NCBI RefSeq assembly: GCF_006345805.1
Contig: NC_042998.1
Span: 191,332,001-191,396,000, forward strand
DNA length: 64,000 bases
From: Octopus sinensis
Taxonomy: Eukaryota
Direction: 5' to 3'
Part shown: positions 1 to 15,560 of the stretch, piece by piece
Layout: each line of letters begins with the position of its first letter
How positions within the stretch are numbered: the first letter of the stretch is position 1
The notes under the pieces: generated by a model
What the model saw: the letters and a program-made list of their open reading frames with translations, nothing else
Databases searched by the model: none
Told to the model about the DNA's origin: nothing
Made by a program: the position numbers and the translations under genes

Positions 1-7
1 TAGATAT

Positions 8-50
<43 letters not shown>

Positions 51-111
51 TATAGATAGATAGATAGATAGGTAGAGAGATAGATAGACAGGTAGAGAGA
101 TAGATAAATAT

Positions 112-145
<34 letters not shown>

Positions 146-146
146 T

Positions 147-180
<34 letters not shown>

Positions 181-187
181 GAGAGAG

Positions 188-222
<35 letters not shown>
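1..222. repeat. (GATA)n/(GACA)n/(GA)n compound microsatellite
   Basis: Direct reading of tandem GATA, GACA and GA units. Confidence 0.97.
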
Positions 223-226
<4 letters not shown>

Positions 227-1464
227 ATGAAGGTGCTTAAGTATTACTTATATTATTTAGCCAAAACATGGTTTGAAATCTGAACATAAAGTGATAGAAC
301 AGCAAGGAAAAAGGCAGGGCGGGGGTTGTCACTAATGATTTGCATATAACTATAAAATGAAGCAAATTTCATGTTCAGTTCATGTGTGTGTGCCTGCGCG
401 TGTGTGCAGGAATTCAATATGAAATAGATTAACGTTATAGTATTCATCATACCACACACGCGCACACACTCGCGCTGTAGAAACGAACAGACGTACTACA
501 TTGCACATAATTTCTCGCTTATACGTATACACACACACACAAAAGCATATATTCAAGCACCCAAATATACACACGCATGCATGCACATACACATATGTGT
601 ATACATATGCATGGGTGTATAAGGAGTTAATTGCATACGCACATATATTTGAATATATCTTCCTGTATATCTAATCGAAATGAGAAGAGTATAACAAGAG
701 TTATAATCCACACCGTGGAATATTGTGGAAATAAATGTTCTGGATAGATTTGAGGTAAAAATATTTCCCAATATATATTAGCTGATAAATGGTTACAGAT
801 TTATCTTGAGAATGAGTGACAGGGTACATAGTTTGACTTCATTTTCTTTGCCGCAATTGGAAATCACGTTTCTAATTTCACCCGAAACATTTGTTAATTC
901 TATATATTTGTTAGCGTTTTATGACAGGGAAAGTTATATCAAGCATTATCCAAGGCCTACGAGATTTGTTGGAAGTAAGGTCTCTTCAGACTGGAGACCT
1001 GACCCAACTGATTGTAAGAAAATAGACGCCTCTAATGGCACCCAATGCCTGAGCAAAGGTGTCAAACTGGACCAGTTTCATTTGGTATATATGCACCGAT
1101 AGACGAACTGAATACTGGTTAAAAATCTCTATGTCAGACCTAAGGATTTACCCATCCACACCTCAATCAATAACCTGACAACATGCACAAGAGTCACATG
1201 AAAAATTATCGTTTCTCTAGAACGTTATATCTTTTATTACTTTAGTCACTGTAAAATTGATATCCTTTAGGATGATATAACAAATTAAAATTATCGAAAG
1301 AGTGATGGAAGTTTAAGACCAAGGTAGGGACTTGAACGCAGAATCTAGAGAGACTCAACTTAATTTTTAACCGATGCTTTACAGTTTCTGCTTTTAAATT
1401 ACAATGTATTGACTTTATCGTTCATATGTATCATACGCGCAAGGCTATTCAAGAGAAGGTAGTA

Positions 1465-1595
1465 ATTTGAATTGACCCTGGTACGTGCGTGGAACTCATT
1501 TTATCGACTCTCATAAAAATTTGAATTCATAACGTAAAGAGGCGCGAACGACTAGACACAAGACCTTTCGTTCGAGGATCTACCGATTCTGGCAT
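1465..1595 (-). mobile_element. Degraded SINE family B copy
   Basis: The reverse complement (…gaatcggtag…tctttacgttatgaattcaaa…gagtcgataaaatgagt…ccagggtcaat) resembles the family B copies at 22168 and 23135-23545. Boundaries are approximate. Confidence 0.55.
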
Positions 1596-2426
1596 TCATA
1601 GCCTGTGTAAAATACTTCATAGTGAATTCTTACAAGGGTTTAAATAACAAATATCATTTGTAGAAAATATGAAATTATAACTGGGTGATGTCTATATCAT
1701 GAAGCTGTAGAGTCAAATAAAGCTAAATTCTGTTCCTCAAAGACTTGCGCGAAAACACATTTCTACAGCCGAGTTTTGAGACAATATCATAAGCCGTGTT
1801 TACAACCAATCCATGGAATATTGATTTTTTGACATAGGTACACATGGCTTTAGATTTATAAGGGAAAACATTAAAACAACATCACGTGTATCGTTTGCGT
1901 TTCATGACAGTAAACTTTAAGGACTTGAACTGGAAGATGAAATGTAACTGTACTCAGAGAAAACTCATATCTAAGATACTTGACAAACTTAGTGTATATT
2001 ACCTATTATCATTGTTCTTTCTTTTTAATCCCAATGAGTAATGCCTTGCATATATGAATATATAAATGACACTGTGGATTAGGTTTGTTCTCGAGTGCAG
2101 TAGAACTGTGTACGGAATAAAATGGCTTTGACGCGGAAACGATAAAGGCGTGCAGTATCAATTTAAAAGAGGCCTTACATTTTAACTTGCGATTATCACC
2201 CAATCAAGCAAATGTAGTAAATATTGGTTGAGGTGGGGGAAACGAAAGATGTAAGAAAGGAATATATGAAGACATTCTTTTCACGATATCATTATGAGAA
2301 TTTACTGTGTAAAAAAATGAGAAATCTGTAAAAGTTTATATGAGTTTCTCTGTGAATACTCTTTTAGATGTATCATCATATGGTATTGAATGGCCTGATA
2401 AATATAGGCATTCGAAGAGTACTTTA

Positions 2427-2461
<35 letters not shown>

Positions 2462-2532
2462 GATACAGAAATACAAAGATGTCCAAATTGAATAATTTCC
2501 CCCTACTTCAATACATACATATACCGAAACAC

Positions 2533-2563
<31 letters not shown>

Positions 2564-4544
2564 TGTATGTATGTATGTCTTGAAGCACAAAATTGCACAA
2601 TCCATTACGCCGTGTTTCAGGTAGCTGATCATCAGCCAGAAATTTGATGTTCTATTACGTAAAACTCGGAGTAGCATTTTTAAGAAGTCAACAGAGCTCA
2701 ATATTTCATGATAACTTTTGTATTCAAGTGGCATTTTCCTCCACTGGTTTGCACGTATGGGCACACGCACATATATGTGCAAGTGCGTACGCGTGTGTAT
2801 GTGTGTGTGTGAGTGTATGTGTGTATATACATATAACAAATTGAGCTTAAAGAATACATTATAAACGTTGTGTACACTCACGACGATATAGGAGGATGTT
2901 GGTGATAAAGACGAAGGGTAACACAGTAAGAAGGAAAGATATTGTGATGGAAACTGAGGGAATGAGATACAACAAATGGAAGAGAGAGATTAAAAGATTA
3001 AGGCATTGTTATAGAAGCATGTATAGAGATTATGATTAAATGTGAGAGAAGATTGAGCTGTAATTTACTCTCCAGGTACAGAAAAAATATATATGGCATT
3101 ATTTCAAGTAAGGTGCTTCTCATCAACATAATGAAAACTTGGTTTTTCTTTTTTTGTTTTCTTTTTAACAAATTAAAAAAAAAAAAATTACAACAGCAAC
3201 AAAGTCAGGACATAGTGAAGAAATTAGTTCAACAAACGGTGAATGAAAAATGAAAGGATGCAGAGAGAAAGAAAAAAAGAGAAAGTATTGGATCTTGATA
3301 CATAAGAAGATAAAGATTTTTAAAAAGTTTGCAGAAATGATAAAATGAGAGAATATAAAATGAATGAATGTCTGCGCGATTTCATCACATGCAATCAGAC
3401 AACGCAGGCAGCAAGCGACATCTAGAAGGAGAAGCAGCATTGGTATATAATAGGACTTTGGGATATAACAGCAAGAATTTGTAGAGATATAGATGTAATA
3501 TTTATATATATATAATATAGAGAATTGAAATAAATACTCCTTTTGGAGAAGTAAAAAAAGCATTGGATGAATAATTTTAGAGGAAATATTTTGTCACTAA
3601 GAGCTAATAAATAATGTCTCACACAAAAGATATGATGCATATATAGATATATACTAAATAAAATTGGACATGCATGTGTATAAATGAATTTTTATCTATT
3701 CATATATATATATTTCAGATAATATATATATACACACATATATATAATTATATAATTATACACACATATATGATAAATATATGTAGGAATATGTGTATTT
3801 GTGCAAAGATTTTCAATTTTATACATATATATAATATATATGCATGTATGTATATATGAATACATGCATACATATGTATGTATATATAATTTAAATTATA
3901 TATAATTTAAATGCCTACAAATATGTACTTGTATATTATTTACCCATATACATGGTGTATATATGCATAGACTACACATATACGTATATGTATATATATA
4001 TTTAAATGAAATATATATGTATGCATATGCATACATAAGTTATATATATATATATATGTATGTGAGTGTGTATGATTTCATATGAATATACATACATGTC
4101 TATCTATATATGTGTAAATTTGATGGTAGCTTGCATATTTGTAAGGTGGAAGGTATGTGTAAGAAAACTTTGCAAAAGTGGATAAGAAGTTGATATAATA
4201 ACTATTTTTTGTTGTTTTATTTATTTTATACATTCTTTATACATTCATACGTATCTTTTTTTAAATGTAAAAATCTATAATTTGATTCTGGAGAACATAT
4301 TGAAAAATTATATCAATAGAAAGAATGAAGAGAAGAAATTTTGAAACTAACGTGTAGATAAATATAGATAGATGGAAACCAATTAAGATGTGGATTTATC
4401 AAAATATATATAAAAAAAAATAAGACAAATGCCACTTACATTTCAGCCTCGTGGTCTATACTTAAATATTAAGAAAAAAAGGGATGAATACATTTTTAGC
4501 TAAAGTATATGCAGTTAACTTACAGAATACATATTAATAAAAAT

Positions 4545-4593
4545 CGGTATGTGTATTTATATATATGTATATATATATATATATATGCATATT

Positions 4594-4624
<31 letters not shown>

Positions 4625-4653
4625 ATATGTGTATATATATGTGTATATATATG

Positions 4654-4700
<47 letters not shown>

Positions 4701-5123
4701 ATGTGTGTATTTGTGTGTATGTGTGTGTATATATAAACATATATATATGTACATATATATACATATATATCATATATATGCATATATATCATATATGTGC
4801 ATATATATGCATATATTTATCATATGTATGCATTTATATGTAGCATATATATACAAATATATATATACGTTTGTATGTATATATATATATATGTATATAT
4901 ATATGCATATACATACATATACATATTATATATAAATATATATATTCATATATATATACATATATACACACATATATATGTATATAAACATATATATTTA
5001 TATATGTGTGTGTGTATGTATCATACATACATACATATATATATATATATTATATATATATATATATATATGCACATACATATATATATATATGTATATA
5101 TATATATACTCTGCATATATATA

Positions 5124-5154
<31 letters not shown>

Positions 5155-5338
5155 TACTCTGCATATATATAATATAATATATATATATATATTATATATA
5201 TATAATATATTATATATATATATTATATATATATATATCATATATATATATATATAATATATATATTATAATATATATATATATAATATATATATATATG
5301 TATATTTATATACTCTGCATATATATATATATATATAT
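4545..5338. repeat. Long degenerate (TA)n/(TG)n microsatellite tract
   Basis: Direct reading. It explains the YIYI-type ORFs in the track. Confidence 0.97.
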
Positions 5339-5859
5339 AAGGAAGTTGATCTCTTCTATTACTATGAAATGTTTCTGTGGTTCTGATAAAAACTGTAATT
5401 TATGAGACAGAAATTCTAGTGTAGGATTTTTTTTTTTACATTAAAAAATTTTCTATTGAAGGTTACCGAGAGGAATTTAATTCTGCTATACCTTATTGTA
5501 TGCCCTATATCATATAACAACAGTGTTTGCACTTTAAGAATGCATTAAATATATTTCCTCCGAACTTACGAAAATTATAGAACAATTTTGTAGTTATTGT
5601 CAAGACATATGACAAATAAAATCATAGGTAACACGTGATTAGTTAATTGTATTGATAGGTGAAAGAAGCCTTTTCACAGGACCTTTGTGAGGTTTAGATA
5701 TAATATAAATGTAGTTAATATTTGCGTAGCGTATGTAAATAAAGGTTCAAGAAAACCTTGAGAACAACTCAAAACGAAACAGATGAAATGCATATGTCTA
5801 AATATTCAATGTTTTGAAAGAACATATAATGCTGGTCAAGGAATCAATTCAAAACTTAC

Positions 5860-6104
5860 ATTTCAGCTGATGGCTTCTCCTTGGGACGAACACATTTCAA
5901 ACGCCTCTGGAAATCCGAACTCCGGTATACTACCGTGACTGAATGAGTGGTATCAATAGGTCTCTGCCATGCTATGCGCTCGCTTGGTGTTTGGGGAATT
6001 TGACACACGGATGTTCTTGGCAATTTCATTCGTAACGAGAAATTTTTTAATAGCCTTCCGAGCAATCGTAGACTTTTTCGCTATGGAAACCATATCTAGA
6101 GCCG
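5860..6104 (-). other. Candidate spliced exon of an unidentified minus-strand transcript
   Basis: Non-repetitive, relatively GC-rich block. On the minus strand it is bounded by a pyrimidine-rich acceptor (cttccttgtaacAG) and a consensus donor (GAAAT|GTAAGT). No protein family was recognised. Confidence 0.3.
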
Positions 6105-8080
6105 CTGTTACAAGGAAGCTCAATTAAAAAAGGAAACTATTTCCCTTGAAAGGGATATACGTTGAGTGTTGTATTGTATTATAGTATATGAGCTTATATA
6201 TGTGAGTAAGACAATTGTTTATAATAAAATAAGAATGTGTCTTCAGAAAAAGACTTTCAAAACTCCTAGTTTACATTGATTTACTATTTTAGCTGGTCTT
6301 CCATTATGTTCTTTTATGTTTTAACTTGTTGATTATATATGGTTCCTAATTGGAATAATTTGAGAATTCTGAAAATGAGGTACAATAAAGTATATAAATG
6401 TGTATATAATTATAAATCCGTTATGATACTAAAGTGAATGAATTTTTTAATTGTATTGATGTGCAATTTATATAACTATTATTAAATACATATTCGTAAA
6501 TTTTAGCATAATATTTAGAGAATATAATGGTATTTAATGAATAATGATTATATATGCAAAAAAGATACAACATATATATATGTACAAGTGCATACATACA
6601 TATAGATGTATAGTGTGTCTTTGCATGTGCATGTGCAGATACGTAGGTGGCTTGTGTGTGTTTGTGTGTGTGTACAATATATAATCTATAAAACTAAGAT
6701 CGAGTAATATACGAACTCTGTCTTAAGAGGAAGGAAAGGTCGTAATGTTATCATGAAGCCGTGTTAACAGTATAGCTATCAGATAAACACACGCCTCTGT
6801 CAAATGCAAGAATCAAATTCGAGCCAGACAATTCTTTCGCGTTACTGTTTGTAAGCTTAAAATTTATTAGCTTTAGTTTTTGCTCTTAACTATATAAAAT
6901 AAACTGTCTTGAACTTTTTGTTCTTTATACGAAGAACAGTTGCCTCGAATTATAATTATAGAGACTTAAATTAATTTTGCTCATTTACATTAATTTCTTT
7001 CATTTATCATTTTCCCAGTTACGTTTTCTTGCCAGCTTGGTTGCTACGTTAAATCCGATTTTATCTTGATTAACGAAGGATCTTGGTTTTATTATAGTAT
7101 TTACTTATTTTCTGCTTATCAGTTTACACTCTTTAATCCAATTCGAGCTTACAGTTGTATTATTAATGTTCAACTGAAGTTCAAACGAATTTCCGGTTGG
7201 TGTAAGGGTCCACTTCCTTCTCAAACTACGTATATACCTGGCAGTATGCAACTGAACCAGCCTCCAGAAAACACCTTTACAAAAGAAATTGCATGTGTAT
7301 ATATACACGCATACAATCTTTCTGTATCTTTCAAATATATTCGCTATATATATATATAGATATATATATGCACATATATAAAAGAGATCGATAAAATAGA
7401 AATAGATAACTTAAATAAGTATATCTATCAGTGATAATCCTAGTTCCAAAATGTAATTGTTATATCTCAATATATTGGCTTTAAACAATAGCATTAATAA
7501 ATATATTTGTTTCCTTGTGAGATGAAAAATTGCTTCGTTCCTGTTATCCGTGAGGCTTCTAAACCTGTATGCTTATATCAATCTTTATTGATTAAAATAT
7601 AGGACTAATGGCGAAGTTATTTATAAAGAAAATTTTATATATATATATATTTACATATATATATGTACATATATATATATATGTGTGTGTGTGTATGTGT
7701 ATGTAATATCAAATACTGATCCCTAATAATAAAAGGAATATCAGGTATTGAAAATAATCCAACGTGAAACGTCTTTCGTTGAGCCGGTACTTCCAATAAT
7801 GTAATACTAATTGTTTTAACTCCGCGGTTTTGTTTTTCTTATTAAATATCCTTAGTGCGGCATGGACTTTTGGGAATATATTTCAAGACTTGTAGCATCA
7901 ACAGATGTCTGAGTATGAACTTGTTATCCAACGTGGAACACACGGTTATGAAAAGTTAAAAAATTTGTGCACGAATAATTAAAAAAATTGTTAAAGGTCA
8001 CTTTATACTGTATAGAAGGAGGGATTTTAAAATATTCCTATACAGTCTCCAAAGTTGAGCGGTTTTCCATATGAGTTTAC

Positions 8081-8178
<98 letters not shown>

Positions 8179-8623
8179 TGTATAAGAATGTATTTGTATA
8201 TGTATGTGCTTGTGTATTTATATTTGTTTATTTTTTTATCCAAAATATCTCTTCCAATTCGCTGCTGATGAGTGATGCTTCAAAGGAGAAATATGAAAGG
8301 GTGAACCAGTTGTGGTAGATAAGTTGACAAGCCGGAGGAGGAAGCGCGAATGTATAATTGACCGAACAGTCAGAGTGGAATGCAAACGGCTGACCAACCA
8401 ATACCGAAGGTTACTGTTCAGATTTGCCTCATTTTCCAAAATATTCAGAGAAATATCCTCCCTCCTCAGGTTTTACCTCTCTCACAGTCACTCTCCCTCC
8501 CACCCTTTCCCGTCTTTCACTTCACCCTTTCTCCTTTACATTTGCTAGTCGACTTTCCTTTTCTGTAGTGCCCTGCCTCTTTTGTTACTGCCCAGTGCCA
8601 AATTTTCTATGGCTACAACACTT

Positions 8624-8655
<32 letters not shown>

Positions 8656-10117
8656 ATGGTTCTGCCGAATATCACTCAGCAGCGCACGTACATATATTCT
8701 CACAACTCACTTTATTTTCCTGTTCTGACAAATTCTGCAGTTACCCCCTTTTCGTTATGCATTGTATTCTGATATATACATATATTACTTGAGGCCAATA
8801 TGCATAGACACATGAATCCACATGCTAAGAATTTTACGTGACTGCATAAAAATGTGTACCGCTTAATTAGTAGATATGCATAGAGTTAGGCACACACATT
8901 GAGATACGTGTGCATTCACCATAGTGTTGCAGCTGCTCATTTACTTCTCCCAACAAAAAATCATTCCCACTAATAGATCAACTGGTGATCAGTAATACAA
9001 CTCAGGGAGAACACTTCATGGCAGCTAAACATATCAGTGTTACTTTGTGTGCGTGTGTAAGAGCAGTTTCTTTACATAGAAAAACGTGTGAGATGTATTT
9101 GGGAGGAAAATGTGCGGATGAGAAAGTGGTGAAAATTGAAGATTTCTATTGTTATTGAATGTGTAGGCATAACGTGTTTAAGAAATTATCAAGGTATGAG
9201 TATGTGAATATGAAGAGAATAAAACAGAATGTAGTAAGTGGAATACTATTCTGTCAATTTTGATGATTTGGTTGCACTTTTTTTTATGTATTTATATATA
9301 TATGATCGTATTTATGTGATAAGTTAAAAAACGATAAGAAAACATGTATTACTATTAAAGTAATTGAAAAATTTCGTTATATATATATTATATATATATA
9401 TATGCTTTTTGCGACTGATTATAAAAAATCTACATTAAAGTATATTTTTTTTTAAACTCCAAAATATTCGAAAATCTGCCTTCGGTTAATTTTAGACAAT
9501 CTCCGATAAAGTTACCAAGAAATTCCTTGGGGTAGTATTCCTCCTGTGCAGCTCCTTTTAAATCCTATAAAATTTCAATAAAATCCTCGTGGTAATTCCT
9601 GATACGGACAAGTATATATATATATTTCCTTATTTATTATATATACAAGATCTTTTTTTTCTTGCGTATAGGACATTTATTTGTATAAACATGTTTTGAA
9701 TATTCTCCATTTGTATTCCACATTATTTCGAAAAGAATTCTGAACTTAGTAATTCATTGGTTGAATGAAAGCGAAAGATAAATAGATAAAATAATATAGG
9801 ACCAATGTAAATTGAGGGGCACCTTTGGTGGGTTTTTGAGGGGTTTTTTTCTCCTTTATATTTAAGGCAAGTAATGAAAATTATTTTGTATCCGAAGTGA
9901 CGAGATAGCAGCTCAAAGGTAATAATAATAACAATGGTAATTAATAATAAATAAATAAATAAAAACAACAGGGAGAGAAATGCTGCTAGAAAACACGAGT
10001 TGTCGTTGTAGAACCGATGGCTTCCCCTGTAATTGTTGTTCTTGGTGGAGTTGCACTGGTTAAATATTAAATTTTTAATTTAGATCCAATTTCGGTGATA
10101 AAAACAACAAAACACAA

Positions 10118-10320
10118 TAGTAGTAGTAGTAGTAGTAGTAGTGGTAGTAGTAGTAGTAGTAGAATTAGTTCGGTGGTAGTAGTGGTAGTAGTTGTAGTAG
10201 TTCAGTGGTGGTGAAGTTCTCGGTTATGATGATAAGAAAGAGAAAGAAAGAGTGAGAGAGAGAGAGAGGGAGAGAGAAAAGAAGGAAGAGAGAGAGAAAG
10301 AAGAGAGAGAGAGAGAGAGA
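10118..10320. repeat. (TAG)n followed by GA-rich microsatellite
   Basis: Direct reading. Confidence 0.9.
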
Positions 10321-12141
10321 ACACTCGGAGCTAAGTCTACCCCAAAATCGATGGCTGCCTGGTTGATTTTCCTGGTGGAATGGCAAGGTGTTTTAAGGGT
10401 TGTTATTCGGGTATCGTCACAAGCGTAGATCACGAGCCAGAATTCACGCAATAGAACAGAGAGGTAATAATCCTAATAATGTTATTAATTAATGGAGATG
10501 TTATATCTTGGTAAAGGGGAGATTGCTTTATGGTCGTTGTGCTGAGCTGCTGCTGCTGCTGCTACTGGGGTCGTTGCTGATAATTAGGGGTTTCGATATT
10601 AGTGGCACAATGTTTCTAATGAAGATACACCTCTTGAGAAAAATTCTTCTCTCGCTATTTTATCAATTTGTGTAGATATTGGTTTGTATTGCTTTCCATT
10701 GAGTATTCCTTCCGCTCTGTTTTACAGAGACTGGAGAACAAGATAATTGAATTTGCTTTGATTTAAAGCGACGCTATTGTCATAAAAAAAAAAAGAGAGA
10801 GAGAAAAAAAAAAAAGAAAACAGAAAAAATAAAAGGAGAAAGAACGAAAAAAACTGCGATGCAATTGATGCTTGTTGATGCGTTAAAAAATAAATAAATA
10901 AAAGAGTTTATTAAACCGGATCAGTTATGACAAGAATGGGTCGTCTCGGTACACTGATGTGAGATTTCGCTTGCTAGGAGCGGTAACTTGTTGCAGGAAC
11001 TGAGTGAAAAGGCTTGTTAGAGGAGGACCATTATTTCGGTGCTGTCAAACAAAGTGATGCGAGAGAATTATTGAGGGGAAACGATTTTGTCATTTGTGCT
11101 AGTGAAAATCATGTTAGCGTATTTATCATAGTTTTTACTGGTGCAGCCGTAGTTGAAAAATACCTATATTCGATGTTGCTGCTATCGTTAGTGTATATAT
11201 GCTATGTTACTTCACGCTGGCGAACAGGCAGTGCTGCTGGAATAAATATTATTTTATGGACTGCTTGTGTTAGTGAATTTATAATTTTTCTTTTATATTG
11301 TTCATACATGTTACTGTTCTTATTGCATTTGGTTCTAGAGAGGCATTTAATATTCCTGATAATGAAAAGGTGGTAATAACAGAAGTGGCAGTATCAGTTT
11401 TTGTTGTGGATTTCACAGACGTCTTCATTAACATCCAATTTTTTTTTTGTTTTTTTCCTATTTGTTATTGTAGTTATCACGGAAGTTAGAACAAAGTGTT
11501 TACTTTCCTCCAGATTAATTGGTAGTTAGTCCAGCTTAAGATAGTAGCATGTAATAATTTGTCTCCTTCTTAATGTGTCGACCAGAATATTTGGTACTGG
11601 GGGTGTTGAACAGTATTTGTGACATAATGACGACATTTGTGGCAGTGGAAATTCTTAAGGTAAGTGTTGTAGCCTAGATGGTGCAAGCGGTGGTATTTTT
11701 TGGAGATTGCTAGGTGGCGAAAAGTAAAACAACGGCGGCTTCACTTGCATAGAGACATACTTGTGTTTACACGGACGGTTGCGTTTTTGTCGTCATACGA
11801 TATATAGGTTGGCATATAGTCCTGCAATGTGACAAAGGAGAGTTCTTAATAAGAAGCGACATTTTTCTTACTCCTGTTGTTATCGTTAGTGCTTTTAAAG
11901 TCCATTTAAAAGTATATATTTATAAATAGATTGCTTTTTTTCGTATGATTAGAAAGTGCCTTTTCATTTCCTTCTTCTAGCTCCTTGTATTGTACCATTC
12001 TCTTTTCTCTCTTCCTCTCCTTTTTTTTTGTCTTATTTTACCATTCGTTTCCACACGTACTCAGGCAAGCAGGTAGGCAGACAGACAGGCAGACAGGTAG
12101 GCAGACAGACAGACACCGGAGATTTCGGTGGTGATGATGGA

Positions 12142-12250
12142 GCGGCAGCAGCAGCGGCAGCGGCAACAGCAAAGATAAATAGCAGCAGCAGCAGCAGCAG
12201 TAGCAGTCGCAATGGGAGAAGCAGCAGCAAGTGTAGTTGCAGCTGTAGTA
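12142..12250. repeat. Imperfect (CAG)n trinucleotide tract
   Basis: Direct reading. It produces the poly-Ala/poly-Ser ORFs. Confidence 0.85.
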
Positions 12251-12527
12251 GTTTAGCTGTAGTAGAGTTCAGAGTAATAGTATTTCTGGTCTCCTACCGC
12301 CAGCAGCATCTACTGTACTAGTAGCATAAATCGTGATAAGAACGGCAACAGTAAAACATCAATTGCACGCAGTGAAGAGAGGAGGTTTCAATCAGGTAAA
12401 CAGGGCCTTTATACGAACGACGCTAGCTGTATTTACAAGCCTAGGGAGTCAGTCGATCAACCGTGAAAGCTTCCCACGAGGAGAAGGGAATAAAATACGG
12501 TAACATATATACGTAGGCTCGTGCACG

Positions 12528-12722
<195 letters not shown>

Positions 12723-13058
12723 CACGTTTAAAGATGCTAATAGTAGGGATTATTTCGGACGCATTCAAAAAATATTTATAATAAGGTGCATAGTAAAAAG
12801 ATAGATTTAGATTTTTCTAAAATAAACATCAATACGGAAATAAGGGGTAGGAGAGAACAGAGGAAGACATGGAAGGAAGGAAGCAAAGGGAAAGAAGTGG
12901 GGGGGGGGGGGAAATGACAAATACGGATAGAAGCAGACTTGGAAAATATGTAAGGAAATAATAGAGGGAAGAGGAAAACGGATCAATACAAATTCAGGCG
13001 TCAATTATGTAAAACGAAAATACAGATTCAGTGGGTGAAGTAGAAAGACAGAGAAGAT

Positions 13059-13110
<52 letters not shown>

Positions 13111-14154
13111 GGAGAAGATATAAAAGATGAGATGAGGATAGAAAAGTAAACCAGTGTATGTAAGGATTATTCACTACAGGTTGTTGCCGATCTCGATCCA
13201 AGAGGGAAATTAGGGTTTAACACGTGAAAGGGGGTTGACTAGTTTATATGTTATCAGCACTGTCTGAAATTATTATCCGCAGTCTGCAGCTTTGATAGCA
13301 ATCGCTAGCTTCTTAATGAAACAATTTACTAATACTAAGTTAAGGGGTTCAGTTTAAACTAATTAACGATGAGATGGTTATTGGATTTACAACGAAATAA
13401 GAAATTTATTTGTAATTCAGTTATAATTCATTCATAACGGAATGATAGTCAGACTACAATATTGCAACCGATCTTAAATCGAATGAATAGGTGCCACTTA
13501 CAATGTGACTCACGTATATCATACCATCTTTTATTCCTGCTATTGAATATTTATCGAAATTTAAGGCTTAATATCTCGTTTCCAAACTAAATTTTTAAAA
13601 ATGAGAAAGAATATCATAATGTGTAGGTGGATACATTAAAATACCCACACAATAATATTTATGTGCGTATTCATATTTATCTTTTGGTACTCCGTGGAAT
13701 TATAAACGTGGCTACGACATTTTAAGCCTTTAGTAGTGAAAGAAATAACAGGGCTAGATTTAAAAAAAAAAAAATTTTGATTTAATTATTACATGTTAAG
13801 GTTAAATAAAACAAATGTGACGTGGTGGAAAGGGGTATCTTTGAATATATTGAACGTTGCAGTTCTGAGGAGGAAGGAATACTGGGCAATATTCAGTAGG
13901 AGAGGAGATAGAGTATGAGGATGGATGAGAAACCGTCGTATGCATCGCGTGGGTTTTATGGGGATATTGAATTGATGGGTGGCTAGGCATAATGCCTGTA
14001 GTAGTAGAAATCAAAGTAGCAGGAGATAGTATATCATGACAGCGGGTCACATTTGTAGATGCTATTAATTGTATTTGTGTTAGATGTAGCAATGCATAGA
14101 ATATGAGTAGTATGAGCAATGTGAGTTATATACAGGTTTAAAAACATGTTGAAA

Positions 14155-14229
14155 TGCACACACACACAGACACACAGACACACGCATACACGCGCGCGCA
14201 CACATATTTCTACATATATGTATGTAAGA

Positions 14230-14274
<45 letters not shown>

Positions 14275-14356
14275 TGTGTGTGTGTGTGTGTATGTACATG
14301 TATGTATGTACCTCTCTCTCCCCTATAAGTGTACACATATGTACATACACACACAC

Positions 14357-14389
<33 letters not shown>

Positions 14390-14486
14390 ATGTGTACATA
14401 TATGCACATGTATGTATGATCTCTCCCTCTCTCTCTCTCTATATATATATATATAGAGAGAGAGATAGATAGATATACATATATAT

Positions 14487-14520
<34 letters not shown>

Positions 14521-14663
14521 ATTATATATATATATATATATGTACATATATGTTCATGTGCGTGTATGTGTATATATGTATATATATGTATGTGTGTGTA
14601 TATATATAAATATATGTATGTATGTATATATATATAATATACAGAGAGAGAGAGAGAGAGATG

Positions 14664-14700
<37 letters not shown>

Positions 14701-14765
14701 ATGTGTATGTTTGCGTGTGTGTGTGTGACAGAGTGTGTGTGTGTATGTTTGTGTGCGTGTGCATA
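14155..14765. repeat. Compound TA/TG/GA microsatellite tract
   Basis: Direct reading. Confidence 0.95.
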
Positions 14766-15235
14766 TATGGTAACGAAGATAATATAGACATCACTGTTTG
14801 TAAATATATAAATACAAAAACGAAAGAGTCAACATATGCCTGCAGCATATGTTAGCACTTATTTGATACTTTCTATATTATTTAATTGTTTCTAATCTAT
14901 CATGGTTTTCCGTTCATTCAGTATACAACACACTCCTAATAGATGAAGACAGTAGTCTTTGTAATATAGACAAAGCATATGAAATGATTACGAAAAAACA
15001 AACAAACATAAGATGCAGAAAATAAACCTAAAATAAACCACGGCCTACGATGTGAAATATTTCTGTCTTTAAATTGTTTACACTGTTAGCAAGTGGGACA
15101 AACATAAGTATGCGCAATAAAGAGCAGCATAACGTATTGAATTATTGATTTTCTCGCCTAGTCACAAGGCCCCCCACCCCTTTTTTGGGGTGGAGTATTG
15201 GGGAAAGAGTTATTGCATACCCTATATATTGCTAT

Positions 15236-15408
15236 GTGAAGGCGCGTGGTCTAATAGTTAGGGTGTTGCACACACGATCATAATGTCGTTAGTTCGATTG
15301 CCGGACTGAGTAATGCGTTGTGTTCTTGAGCAAAATATTCATTTCACCTTGCTCCAGTTTACCTAGCTGTAAATGGGTAACCCTGCACGGAGCAGATTTC
15401 CACTCAGC
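15236..15408 (+). mobile_element. Degraded tRNA-derived SINE (family D) 5' part
   Basis: tRNA-like head with an A-box-like TGGTCTAATAG and a B-box-like AGTTCGATTGCC, followed by a tcttgagcaa…gctccagt…gctgtaaatgggt central domain typical of SINE superfamilies. Confidence 0.65.
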
Positions 15409-15524
15409 TTGAATTCATCCTCTAATTCCTGACAAATTTTATTTTTTCTGTGTATGAGTGTGTGTGTGAATGCTTTAATGTTTGTCCGTTTGTGTGTGTA
15501 TCACTATATATATATATATTATAT

Positions 15525-15560
<36 letters not shown>

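Noticed and set aside
2600-2640. Minus-strand CTGATGA-tcagctacct-GAAA
   Set aside because: Stem II is at most 2 bp and no stem I partner follows a NUH triplet.
8284-8330. CTGATGA…GAAA spacing suggestive of a hammerhead
   Set aside because: No convincing stem I or stem III could be formed.
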